From Bryobacterales bacterium (lineage in GTDB: Bacteria > Acidobacteriota > Terriglobia > Bryobacterales > UBA6623), in the NCBI GenBank assembly GCA_963422375.2, contig OY729427.2, forward strand, positions 32,001 through 96,000: a stretch of 64,000 nt of DNA. The letters are read 5' to 3'. The stretch's first letter is position 1. Each line of letters begins with the position of its first letter. Positions 33,851 to 44,749 of this stretch are shown piece after piece. Both the position numbers and the translations under genes were made by a program. The notes beneath the pieces were generated by a model that worked only from the letters and a program-made list of their open reading frames with translations, ran no database searches and was not told the origin of the DNA.

Positions 33851-35344
33851 ATGAACAGCATGCCCCGGATGCTCTGGTCTTCGGTCGCGGCGCTCGCGCT
33901 TCTCGCCCGGTGCGCCGCGCCGGCCCCGCCCGACCGCCCTAACGTCGTCTTTTTCCTCGCCGACGACCTCGGCTGGAAGGACCTCGGCTGTTACGGAAGC
34001 CCGTTCTACGAGACGCCTCACATCGACGGACTCGCTGCCTCCGGCGCAAGGTTCACGCAAGCCTACGCGGCTTGCCCGGTCTGCTCGCCGACCCGCGCAA
34101 GCATCATGACTGGCAAGTACCCGGTGCGCGTCCGCTTGACCGACTACATCAGCCCGTCCGGAGGCAACCAGCCGGAAAAATGGGGTCGCAACACTGTGAT
34201 GCTGCCGTCGGCGTACTCCGACCGCATGCCATTAGAGGAGGTAACCCTAGCCGAAGCGCTCAAGGAAGCCGGCTACGCCACGTTCTTCGGCGGGAAGTGG
34301 CACCTCGGACCGGAGGGATTCTGGCCAGAGGACCAAGGCTTCGCCGTCAACAAGGGAGGTTGGGAGCACGGCGGGCCGTGGGGCGGCAGGAACTACTTCT
34401 CGCCCTACGAGAACCCAAACCTGACAGATGGGCCTCCCGGGGAGTTCCTGCCACAGCGGCTGGCAAGAGAAACTGCCAGCTTCATTGCCGACCATCGCGA
34501 CCAGCCCTTCCTCGCCTATCTCTCGTTCTATTCCGTCCACACGCCGCTCATGACTACCGACGAGCTGGAAGCGAAGTACTCCGGCAAGTCCGCCAAGCTT
34601 GCGTTTTCCGGCCCGCGCTGGACCACCGAGGGCTTCCGCGAGGCTCGCCAAGTGCAGGATCACGCCGTGTACGGCGGCATGGTCGAAGCGCTCGACTCGG
34701 CGGTCGGCATGGTGCTGCAGGCAATCTCCGAAAACGGCTTGGACGACCGGACCGTGGTGGTCTTCATGTCGGACAACGGCGGGCTGAGCACATCCGAAGG
34801 CTCTCCCACTTCGAATCTTCCCCTACGAGGGGGCAAGGGCTGGATGTATGAGGGCGGAATCCGGGAGCCGATGATCATTCGCGCACCGGGGGTGTCGCGG
34901 CCAGGGGCGGTGATCCGATCCCCCGTGACCAGCACCGATTTCTACCCGACTCTCTTGGAGCTCACCAACCTCCCGGCGCGCCCCGACCAGCACATCGACG
35001 GCGAGAGCATGGTCCCGCTCCTGCTCGGCCAGTCGGCCAACCGCGCACCGCTCTTTTGGCACTACCCGCATTACGGCAACCAAGGGGGCGCTCCGAGCGC
35101 GGCTGTCCGGGACGGGAACTGGAAGCTGATCAAGTGGTATGAAGACGGAGCGACCGAACTCTATGATTTGGATAGAGGCCCGGCCGAGCGCTACGATTTG
35201 GCCAAGACGCATCCGGACATAGCGGACGCTCTGGCCCAGCAGCTTGACAATTGGCTCAACGAAGTCGATGCGAACATGCCGTCTGTCAACTCCGACTACA
35301 AGGCGGATCGGCCATCGGGGCGACTTCCTCCGGACCGGCGCTGA
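33851..35344 (+). CDS. Sulfatase
   Basis: PNVVFFLADDLG, CSPTRASIMTG, GKWHLG, SDNGG, YEGGIREP, WHYPHY. Confidence 0.95.
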   Translation: MNSMPRMLWSSVAALALLARCAAPAPPDRPNVVFFLADDLGWKDLGCYGSPFYETPHIDGLAASGARFTQAYAACPVCSPTRASIMTGKYPVRVRLTDYISPSGGNQPEKWGRNTVMLPSAYSDRMPLEEVTLAEALKEAGYATFFGGKWHLGPEGFWPEDQGFAVNKGGWEHGGPWGGRNYFSPYENPNLTDGPPGEFLPQRLARETASFIADHRDQPFLAYLSFYSVHTPLMTTDELEAKYSGKSAKLAFSGPRWTTEGFREARQVQDHAVYGGMVEALDSAVGMVLQAISENGLDDRTVVVFMSDNGGLSTSEGSPTSNLPLRGGKGWMYEGGIREPMIIRAPGVSRPGAVIRSPVTSTDFYPTLLELTNLPARPDQHIDGESMVPLLLGQSANRAPLFWHYPHYGNQGGAPSAAVRDGNWKLIKWYEDGATELYDLDRGPAERYDLAKTHPDIADALAQQLDNWLNEVDANMPSVNSDYKADRPSGRLPPDRR

Positions 35345-35387
35345 ACGGCTTGAAGGGCAGACTTCCATAGGACCGAGTCGGACTCAG

Positions 35388-35516
35388 CTAGCAGACGAAC
35401 CAGACGTCCCCGCACGGCTAACGGTCGACCGAGGCTCGCAAAGGGAGGCCCTGTCTGCCCAAGCGCGCCGGAGGATGCAAGTTGATCTTGCGATCGCCGA
35501 GATGGACGAGGCGCAT
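35388..35516 (-). pseudogene. Ghost paralog fragment of the VOC gene at 53382
   Basis: VHLGDRKINLHPPA..LRAS..*PCGDVWFV aligns without gaps to VHCGDHKINFHRPA..LRAS..PPCGDFCFV. Confidence 0.7.
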
Positions 35517-35562
35517 TTCCTCTCTCGTGAGTCGCGAATCCGTGAGACCAATGGTTTCAATG

Positions 35563-37460
35563 GGGAATTATATATCTGAGTGCCGACAACGCCATGTTCG
35601 ACGAGAACTGCTGTGATCAGGGAGGTCGGCGTCTGGCTCCGGTCATTCGAATGCGGCCGCGGTAGGCACGGAAAAGTGGGATCGTATCTGAATCGAACCT
35701 GCCAGCGGAATGGACGAGGCACGGATAAGAGAGGCCCCCTCGCATGCCCCGGTGGAATCCGGTTGGCGGTGGAGGGCACCCCTTGCAAGCCGCTTGCGTG
35801 CCCTGCGAGGGCCGAAGACAGCGGCTCCCCGGCGCTCGACGGCCTGCATGGACGGTCCGGGCCGGACTCGGGTCGCGCCGGGGGATTCCGGATCCGGCGC
35901 GCCCCTCGCACCGAGCGTGAAGCGCATCGAGCGTGAAGAGTGCGTCGGCAGCCCCCCACTGCCGCGGCTCCAGCGTGCAGTCCGGCACGGCCCACCCTTC
36001 GATGCCGTACCGTTGCCGCGGCTGCGGCAAGCGCTTTTCGGTGCGCACCGGCAGCGTGATGGCCGACACCAAGCTCGGCTACCGCACCTGGGCCGTCGCC
36101 CTGTTCCTGCTAACCACCGGCATAAAGGGCGTCTCCAGCATGAAGCTGCACCGCGACCCGGGCATCAGCCGGAAGTCGGCCTGGCACCTCGCGCACCGCA
36201 TCCGCGCGTGCCGGGAGCGGGATCGGGGCCTGTTCGCCGGCCCGGTGGAGGTGGACGAGACGTACGTCGGCGGCAAGGAGCGCAACCAGCACGAGAGGAA
36301 GAAGGCCCGCGCCGGGCGCGGGCCCGTCGGCAAGACGTCCGTGGCGGGCGCGCGGGACCGCGCCACGAACGCAGCGGCCGCGCAGCCGCTGCCGGGTACG
36401 ACCAAGGGCGACCTGCAGGGCTTCGTGCGCGGCCGGGTCGCGCCGGGCGCGCAGGTCCGCTCCGACGAGGCGGCGGCCTACGCCGGCATAGCGGAGTTCC
36501 CGCACGAGGGTGTCCAGCACTCCGGCGGCGAGTACGTGCGCGGGGCGGCGCATACGAACGGCATCGAGTCGTTTTGGTCCCTGTGCAAGCGCGGCCTGTA
36601 CGGCACCTATCACCGGATGAGCGTCCGTCATCCGGGTCGCTACCTCACGCAGTTCGCGGGACGGTGCAACGACCGCGACTGCGACACGGCGGAACGGATG
36701 CGGCGCATGGCGCGGGGCCTGGTCGGCCGGACGCTGACCTACCGGCAGCTGACCGGCAAGGCCGCGGTCTCGGCCTGAGCGGCGCCCTCCGAGCTGAGCG
36801 CGGCAGCCCGCTGCGGACGCGCTCTTCACGCTCGGTGCGCTTCACGCTCGGTACGAGGGGCGCACCGGATCCGGAATGCCCCGGTGCGACCCCGGTCCGG
36901 CCCGGACCGTCCATGCAGGCCGTCAAGCGCCGGGGATCCGCTGTCTTCGGCCCTCGGAGGGCACGCAAGCGGCCTGCAAGGGGTGCCCTCCACCGCAAAC
37001 CGGATTCCACCGGGGCATGCGAGGGGGCCTCTCTAATCCGTGCCTCGTCAATTCCGCGGGCAGGTTCGATTCAGATACGATCCCGCCTTGCTGTGCCTAC
37101 CGCGGCCGCATTCGAATGACCCGAGCCAGACGCCGACCTCCCTGATCACAGCAGTTTTCGTCGGACATGGCGTTGTCGGCACTCAGATATATAGTGCTTG
37201 TGACAAAACCCCTGAATTCTGGCCCGATCAGCATTTCATACTACATCCTGAGTTCGGATAGATCTCCAAACACAACATATAGGGCCCAAGGTCGGAAGTT
37301 GCTCAGACGCCAATCGCGAAGATTTCCGCGCTCTACCCAGAATCGCCAGGATTTCGGATTAGTCGTAGCATTCCAGCGAAATCTTCGCCTTGAGAGATTG
37401 GACCTAACGCCTTTGTTGTCAAGGGGATACGAGTTTTTTCACGGGCACTATATAATTCCC
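35563..37460 (+). mobile_element. Rearranged IS1595 (ISNwi1-like) with two right ends; 5'-truncated transposase at about 35955-36778
   Basis: 35563-35950 is the reverse complement of the element's 3' region; the right TIR is split by a MITE; no TSD. Confidence 0.85.
37194..37448. mobile_element. 255-bp MITE, copy 2, inside an IS1595 TIR
   Basis: TSD TATATA (37188-37193, 37449-37454). Confidence 0.92.
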
Positions 37461-38226
37461 ATTCGAAACCTAGCACCGGCCGATGCGGATCCGATCCAGC
37501 GGGCCAAGCTCGCGGCGGTCATCGAGCAGGACAGCTTCCTGTCCGAAGCGCAAGGCGGGGACGAAGCCGTCGAATCCGCGATCCGGAACTACGAACTCGC
37601 GTACCGCATGCAGTCCTTGCTGCCGGACGTGCTGGATCTAAGCAGGGAGACAGCCGCCACGAAGCGCGCGTACGGGCTCGAGGCGGAGGAAGAGGAGGCG
37701 CGGCGCTATGCCACGCAGTGCCTCAGGGCGCGCCGTCTGATCGAAGCGGGCGTCCGGTTCGTGGAAATCACCTGCGCGGAGGTCTACGGAGGCAACAACG
37801 GCACCTGGGACCAGCACACCGACCTGAAGAAGGGTCACGAGGGCAACGCGAGGATCACCGACCGGCCCGTGGCGGCGCTGCTTGGCGACCTCAAGGCGCG
37901 CGGAATGCTTGACGAGACGCTGGTGGTGTGGGCCACGGAGTTCGGCCGCACGCCGGACATCGGCAACGGCGACGGGCGGGACCACCACGAGTCGGGATTC
38001 ACGATTTGGATGGCGGGAGGCGGTGTGCGGAGGGGGCTGGTGTACGGCTATACGGACGAACTCGGGGTGCATGCCGTCGACAACGTAGTGTCCATTCACG
38101 ACCTGCACGCAACGATTTTGCATCTCGTCGGGCTGGACCACGAGAGGCTGACCTACTCGCTTCGGCGGACGCGACATTTCACTGACCGACGTACATGGGA
38201 GGGTGGTCCGCGACTTGCTCGCATGA
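37461..38226 (+). pseudogene. DUF1501 protein, 5'-truncated by IS
   Basis: NYELAYRMQ, ARRLIEAGVRFVE, WDQH, TEFGRTP, GRDHH; +1 frameshift near 38157. Confidence 0.88.
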
Positions 38227-38251
38227 GGGCCGGGCGGGCTCCTGCGGACCA

Positions 38252-39151
38252 CTATCGCGAGCGCCCGAAGATCTGGACGCGCTCTCCCTGAACCTCCGTT
38301 ACGTACAGGCGGCCGCGCTGGTCGACGTCCATCAGGTGCGGCAGCTTGAGCGTCTCGGGATTCCCCCATTGCGCGGTCATCTCGCCATCTCCCAGCCGCA
38401 AGTGGCTGATCGTGTGGGCGTCACCGTCCGAGACGATCAGCTCGTCGCCGACCACCAGTACGCCGAAGGGATTGCCGAAACCGGTCCACGCCGCGAGGAA
38501 CTCGCCTTCCGGGGAAAACACCTGCACGCGATCGTTGCCGCGATCCGCCACGTAGATGCGGTCTTGCGGGTCGATCGCGATTCCGTGGGCCGCGGCGAAC
38601 TCCCCCGGGCTCTTTCCCTTGCGCCCCCACTGCGAGACGAACCGGCCATCCGGGGAGAGGCGCACGATGCGGCCGTTTCCGGCGTCAGCCACATAGATAT
38701 CCCCGTTCGAGGCGAATACCAGATCGTCTGGCGAACGGAAGTGACTGCGATCGCTGCCGCTAACCGACTTCTCGCCGTACGTCGCAAGGACCTCGCCGTC
38801 AGGCGAGAACTTCCACAGCACGTGCAGCTGGTTGTCCGTCGCCCAAACGTAGCCGTCCGCGTCGACGCGCAGGCCGTGCGCCACGCCGAATTCCCCTCGG
38901 CCCCAGCCGTGGCTGAACCTGCCGTTGGCATCGTAGGCCAGCAGGGGCGGCTCGCCCCTGTGCAGCACGTACGTCCGACCGGCAGGGCCAACCGCCACGG
39001 CGGAGACCGCGCCGACCTGCACGTCGGAAGGAAATTCCAAGAAGCCCTCGGAGCGGTAGGGGCCTTCCGCTTGAAGCGAGACCGCGCCCCACGCAACCGC
39101 CAGGGCGAGCCGCAGCCAGCCGCGCCGCGGCAAGGATACTTTGACCACCAT
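38252..39151 (-). CDS. NHL-repeat protein (peptidyl-alpha-hydroxyglycine lyase-like)
   Basis: AHGLRVDADGYVWATD, IYVADAGNGRI, HGIAIDPQDRIYVADRGNDRVQVF; signal peptide. Confidence 0.88.
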   Translation of the reverse strand: MVVKVSLPRRGWLRLALAVAWGAVSLQAEGPYRSEGFLEFPSDVQVGAVSAVAVGPAGRTYVLHRGEPPLLAYDANGRFSHGWGRGEFGVAHGLRVDADGYVWATDNQLHVLWKFSPDGEVLATYGEKSVSGSDRSHFRSPDDLVFASNGDIYVADAGNGRIVRLSPDGRFVSQWGRKGKSPGEFAAAHGIAIDPQDRIYVADRGNDRVQVFSPEGEFLAAWTGFGNPFGVLVVGDELIVSDGDAHTISHLRLGDGEMTAQWGNPETLKLPHLMDVDQRGRLYVTEVQGERVQIFGRSR

Positions 39152-39339
39152 TGCCGAGACTCTAGCAGAGAGTCCGAGGCTCGCTGGTACGGTCCCCGAG
39201 GGACGCGGGACATCAGGCGAGCGCCTCCCGGAGAACTGGGGCGTCCGTGGCGGTCGGCCGGCGGCGGCCCTGGCACCGGCAGAGCAGCTTTCGGTGGTGG
39301 ATTCCCACATGGTGCACAATCTTCGCCGACGCTGCATGG

Positions 39340-40230
39340 GGGGCCGCCGCTGCGTCCGCGACATTGCCGCTGAACCCGTCCGCCGTCCCGCGGCGTTGCG
39401 GTCACTGGCAGGGTGGTCGCGACGGTAGGTGTCGGGCTCGGGGGGCTTTGCGCGTGGGGCCTGCACCCGAACTCCCTGCCCCAGACAACCGGCACGGCGT
39501 CGAGAGGGTCGCGCACCAGCGCCGCGGAGTGCTTGTCGGTGTCGCAAGCCGACACCCGCAGGCGCTTGGGCGCCTTGCCGTGGTGGCAGCACCGGAGGAC
39601 TCGCATGTCGCGCTCTACGAGTCCGCGACGCGCCGGCATTGCATCTCGTTGATCCCGGCACCCGATTTATCGTCAAGTGGGGACGGTGGCGGGTGATGCC
39701 GGGCCGATCGCACAGGTAGGACACTGGATCCCCCTTTCGGACCCGAACTCTCAGCCCTGACGGCGGCTCGGCAGGAATCAGGTGGTGCCCCACGGCCGGG
39801 CCAACGGCCCAGCCCGCGAAGCCCCTCGCTGGCGGCAGAATCCGGCGCAACGAAGGCCGGGAGCTTATCATTGGCGCTACCCGGGCGTAGTCGATTCAAG
39901 CGCCATGCGCCTTGGGCATGGCGGATGGCCTCCGGTCCGGAAGGACGTGATGGCGGAGGCATGGCTAGTCGCTTCTGCACGCACCGACTGGATCGGGCAG
40001 ATCCGGCCCGCGATACCCGCGGCGCGGGACAGGATCTCGCCGAGCTCGGTTCCGCTCTGGCGGACCTTCTGGAAGCAATGCGCTGTCGGCATGACTTGGA
40101 ATCGCACCCACCGCGCAACGATGCCGGCCGCGCGGTGGCCGCCGAACGCCGGCACCGAAGTATCGCCGGCGAACCGCTCCCTCGGGAGCTGGTTCGAAGC
40201 GAACGGATCCCCGCGCGAGGGGCTACCCCG
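39340..40230 (-). pseudogene. Ghost paralog of the DUF1501 gene at 47612
   Basis: RFQVMPT..QSGTEL..AGIA..IC, KGDPVSYLCD and PKRLRVSACDTD.SAALVRD..VVWGREFG occur in the same order as in the intact gene. Confidence 0.75.
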
Positions 40231-40361
40231 CTACCGCTAGCCCGGGGGCAAGTCCACTAGCAGCAAGGGCGGAAGCTGTCAGGCAAGGCTAGATCGATCA
40301 TCGGCTAGGAGCAGGCGCAGCGGCCGGCTGGAGTGTTATGCTGGCCTAGGACGCAATTACC

Positions 40362-41186
40362 ATGGCTCGAGGCACTCTGATTCTCCTTGCGGGCGTACTG
40401 CTGCTTGCGCCGGGCAGCCTTCGAGCCGCAGAGGAACTGCATACGAAGACCGGCTTTCTGAACTTCCCGTTCGAGGTAGGCGGCACAGAGCGTACCGCCG
40501 CGCTCTACGTCCCTCCGCAATACGACAGATCAATGGAATGGCCGCTGATCGTGTTCCTGCATGGAGGCGGCGGGAAGGGCGACAACAACGGCAACGCTTT
40601 AACCGAGCGATTCATGAGGCAGGGCCTCGTCAGTACGATCCAGAGCTACCCGGAGGGTTTTCCTACCTTGGTAGTGTTTCCTCGTTGTCCTGAAGACAAG
40701 ATCTGGACACCCATTCCCCCCGAACCAATACAATCACCTTGGCGTTTGCGACGGCACGGGACCGATCCTATCCCAGACGCCGAGGAGCACATCACCGCAG
40801 TGATCAACGCAGTCATTGCGGATTTTTCCGTAGCAGAAGACAGGATTATCCTCACCGGGCACTCGATGGGCGGGGAGGGATCTACACGATACGCGGCACT
40901 TCACGCGGATCGAGTCGCCGCTGTCGCGCCGTCAGCCGGTTCTGCGGTGGTGGTGCTCGAAGACGCCCCTGCTCTCGCGAAAATCGGCGTCTGGCTCTTT
41001 CAAGGGGAGACGGACAACATCAGTACAGTGACGCTTGCCAGGCGCATGATCGCCGCAATCCGCTCCGCAGGTGGAAACCCGAGGTACACCGAATACGAGG
41101 GAGTGGGTCACGCTACGGCCGGTCTCGCGTATCGAGATCGCGAGGTCATTGCTTGGATGCTTGAACAAAGGCGTCGAAAGAAATAG
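40362..41186 (+). CDS. Secreted alpha/beta hydrolase (esterase/peptidase-like)
   Basis: WPLIVFLHGGG, TGHSMGG, FQGETD, YTEYEGVGH. Confidence 0.9.
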   Translation: MARGTLILLAGVLLLAPGSLRAAEELHTKTGFLNFPFEVGGTERTAALYVPPQYDRSMEWPLIVFLHGGGGKGDNNGNALTERFMRQGLVSTIQSYPEGFPTLVVFPRCPEDKIWTPIPPEPIQSPWRLRRHGTDPIPDAEEHITAVINAVIADFSVAEDRIILTGHSMGGEGSTRYAALHADRVAAVAPSAGSAVVVLEDAPALAKIGVWLFQGETDNISTVTLARRMIAAIRSAGGNPRYTEYEGVGHATAGLAYRDREVIAWMLEQRRRKK

Positions 41187-41201
41187 TTAGGGAATTATAT
41201 A

Positions 41202-43059
41202 GTGCTTGTGACAAAACCCTGATATTTTGGGTATTCTAGCTGATAGATCCCCACCAAATGATAGCTATGGAAGAAACAGTCTGCGCCAATTAACCGAACT
41301 CATTGCCTCATATTCCATTTTCATTGTGAGGATACAGTTAGTTCTGTTCTAGTTGTACACTTTTCCTGAACCTTGTCTCTTCAAGGTTTCAATTCAGGGC
41401 AATTCAGATCGCTGCCGACTGCCTATGCAGCCAGCGGCAAGGGTCCCGTCTTGAGACGCTCCCTCTCTCTGTCGCGCACGATCCGGCCCGCTCGATGCAC
41501 GTTCGCCGCCAGGACCGCTAGCCCGATCATCCGCTCGAATCCCTCCGCTCCCCGGTCCATCACCCTGTCCGGACCGCGGCACTCGAGATTGTTGATCGCG
41601 GACTCCACGGCCGGGTGCGCCTGCCTCGCTGCCACGAATTCGGGCGCGCATTCCGTCGCCTTCGCCGCCTTCGACAGCCTCCCCTTCCGCGGCATCGCGT
41701 GGCACGACAGCAGTTCCGCCAAGCGCGTCCGGTTCGCCGGGCTGCGAAAGCCCTTGTCGAAGCTGCAGCTCGACAACCCCGCGTACAGCCCCTGCGCGCC
41801 CTCGACGATTCCCACCGCTACGTCCGCGTCGCTCCCCTTGCACATCACTTCGTGATTCATCACGAATCGGTGCTCGCTTTCCACGATGCATACCGGAACG
41901 CCCGGCTCCACCGGCACCCCCGCTTTTCCTTTCACGCACCAGCGCGTGTGTTCCTCGAAGATCGAGAACACTTGCTCCTCGTGCGGGATCTTCTCCCCCC
42001 GCAGCACGCGCCGCTCCACCGGGTCCGCCAGGAGCTGCACGCACCCGAGGTAACTCCTTGCCGCTCGCAAGGTTCCCTCGTCTTCCCCGGCCTGCGCCAG
42101 GGCCGCCAGCGCACCCTCCGCCCGCCGCGCTATCTCCAGGGCCGCCTCCAGGTACGACCGCACCCTCTCCGGGTTGCCTTGCCTCCTCTTCGCCTGCCGC
42201 ACCCGGTTGAATTCCTGCTTCAGCGTCTTCGGCAGCCGCGCGCTCTGCCGCCAGCCCGCGATACCGCGCCCCTTGCACAGCGGCGCAATAGAGCGAATCA
42301 GGCAGCGCAACGCGTCCCGCAGCAGACTCACCTCCGTCGGGTAATGCACGTTCGTTTCCACCGCGAAAGAGTCGCACCGCGCCTTCAGCGGATCGCCTTC
42401 CTCGCGCCCCGCCAGCGCGTGCCCTTCCTGCACCACCAGCTGATTGATTTCCGCGAGGAGGTCGGGCGTGAGAAGCTTCGGATTCCGGTTGACTGTCCGG
42501 TAGCTGAAGACCTGCTCGTCGAGCGTCGCGTTCAGACCGAGGAAGCGCCGGACGTCCGCGTGCTTGTTCGCCAGCTCCGTCACGCGGCCGTAGTCGCAAT
42601 TCAATCCCTGCTTGAGCAGGCCCGGGACGAGAATATTCCACAGCTGCATGCCGGGACGACCGACAGCAGGGTTGATCCTGCCGGACTCGCCTGCGGAAGG
42701 ATCGCTTCCGTTCTCGCCGTTCCCGCCGTTCCCGCTACTCTCACCGAGGCCGAGGATACGGCTCTCGAGCAGTCCGAAAACCCTGTCCCGCAACTCCTCG
42801 GTGGGATAGATGAATTGTATTCCTAGCAAGATGGCCGGGATATCTTCGCGGGAACGGACGTCGAGATCGATATCCTCGATTGCAGTCCGGCCAAGGGTGA
42901 GCTGGCTCTCCTGAACGGTCCTCACGGGCGGTTCCTCAACGAAGATTGTCGCACAACCCCCGGAAACGCGCAAGCCGGCCCGGATCGCCCCGATCTTCGT
43001 CCCACGGACCTGCTGCAACCTCCCGGAAACTAAGAGCTTGCGCGTTCTGTCACAAGCAC
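41202..43059 (-). mobile_element. ISNCY-family (ISDol1-like) IS; transposase 41423-42925
   Basis: TIR GTGCTTGTGACA(A/G)AAC; TSD TATATA; motifs GRPGM, RCDSF.VETNVHYPT, SFDKGF, AVESAINNLE. Confidence 0.88.
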
Positions 43060-44749
43060 TATATATCTGAGTGCCGAGGGAATCAAGTCGGCAAATTATC
43101 AAGCCATAATAAGATTTCATATTTCTTCCGACTTTCCGTTGACATTCTGTAGTGTTTCTTGGTAGAATAGTTCCAGTATGGGATACCGTAAATGAAGAAA
43201 CAAGATCCCGGAAAGTGGTTCCGTAAAGGCATCACATTGATCGAAGTGATCGCCATGTTCCCCGATGACGAATCCACGGAAAGATGGTTCGCTGCCATGC
43301 GCTGGCCAGGACGGCCCCGCGTGCCCCCACTGCCGCGGCTCCAGCGTGCAGTCCGGCACGGCCCACCCTTCGATGCCGTACCGTTGCCGCGGCTGCGGCA
43401 AGCGCTTTTCCGTGCGCACCGGCAGCGTGATGGCCGACACCAAGCTCGGCTACCGCACCCGGGCCGTCGCCCTGTTCCTGCTGACCACCGGCATCAAGGG
43501 CGTCTCGAGCATGCAGCTGCACCGCGACCCGGGCATCAGCCGGAAGTCGGCCTGGCACCTGGCTCACCGCATCCGTGCGTGCCGGGAGCGGGATCAGGGC
43601 CTGTTCGCCGGCCCGGTGGAGGTCGACGAGACCTACGTCGGCGGCAAGGAACGCAACCAGCACGAGAGCAAGAAGGCCCGCGCCGGGCGCGGGCCCGTCG
43701 GCAAGACCCCGGTGGCGGGCGCGCGGGACCGCGCCACGAACGCAGCGGCCGCGCGGCCGCTGCCGGGCACCGCCAAGGCCGACCTGCAGGGCTTCGTGCG
43801 CGGCCGGGTCGCGCCGGGCGCGCAGGTCCGCTCCGACGAGGCGGCGGCCTGCGCCGGCATGGCGGAGTTCCCGCACGAAGCCGTCAAGCACTCCGGCGGC
43901 GAGTACGTGCGCGGGGCGGCGCATACGAACGGCATCGAGTCGTTTTGGCCCCTGTTCAAGCGCGGCCTCTACGGAACCTATCACCGGATGAGCGTCCGTC
44001 ATCCGGGTCGCTACCTCACGCAGTTCGCGGGACGGTGCAACGACCGCGACTGCGACACGGCGGAACAACGGCGGAACAGATGCGGCGCATGGCGCCGGGC
44101 CTGGTCGGCCGGACGTTGACCTACCGGCAGCTGACCGGCAAGGCCGCGGTCGCGGCCTGAGGCGGCGCCCTCCGCGCCGAGCGCCGCAGCCCGCTGCCGA
44201 CGCACTCTTCACGCTCGGTGCGCTTCACGCTCGGTGCGAGGGGCGCGCCGGATCTGGAATCCCCCGGCGCGACCCGCGTCCGGCCCGGACCGTCCGTGCA
44301 GGCCGTCGAGCGCCGGGGATCCGCTGTCTTCGGCCCTCGCAGGGCACGCAATCGGCTTGCAAGGGGTGCTCTCCACCGCCAACCGGATTCCACCGGGCAT
44401 GCGAGGGGGCCTCTCTTATCCGTGCCTCGTCCATTCCGCTGGCAGCTTCGATTCAGCTACGATCCCACCTTGCTGTGCCTACCGCGGCCGCATTCGAATG
44501 ACCCGAGCCAGACGCCGACCTCCCTGCTCAGAGCAGTTCTCGTCGGACATGGCGTTGTCGGCACTCAGATATATAGTGCCCGTGACAAAACTCGTATCCC
44601 TTTGACAAAAAAGGCGTTAGGTCCAATCTCCCAAAGCGAATATTTCGCTGGAACGCTACGACTAGTCCGAAATCCTGGCGATTCTGGGTAGAGGTCGGAA
44701 ATCTTCGCGATTGGCGGCTGAGCAACTTCCGACCTTGGGCATTATATAT

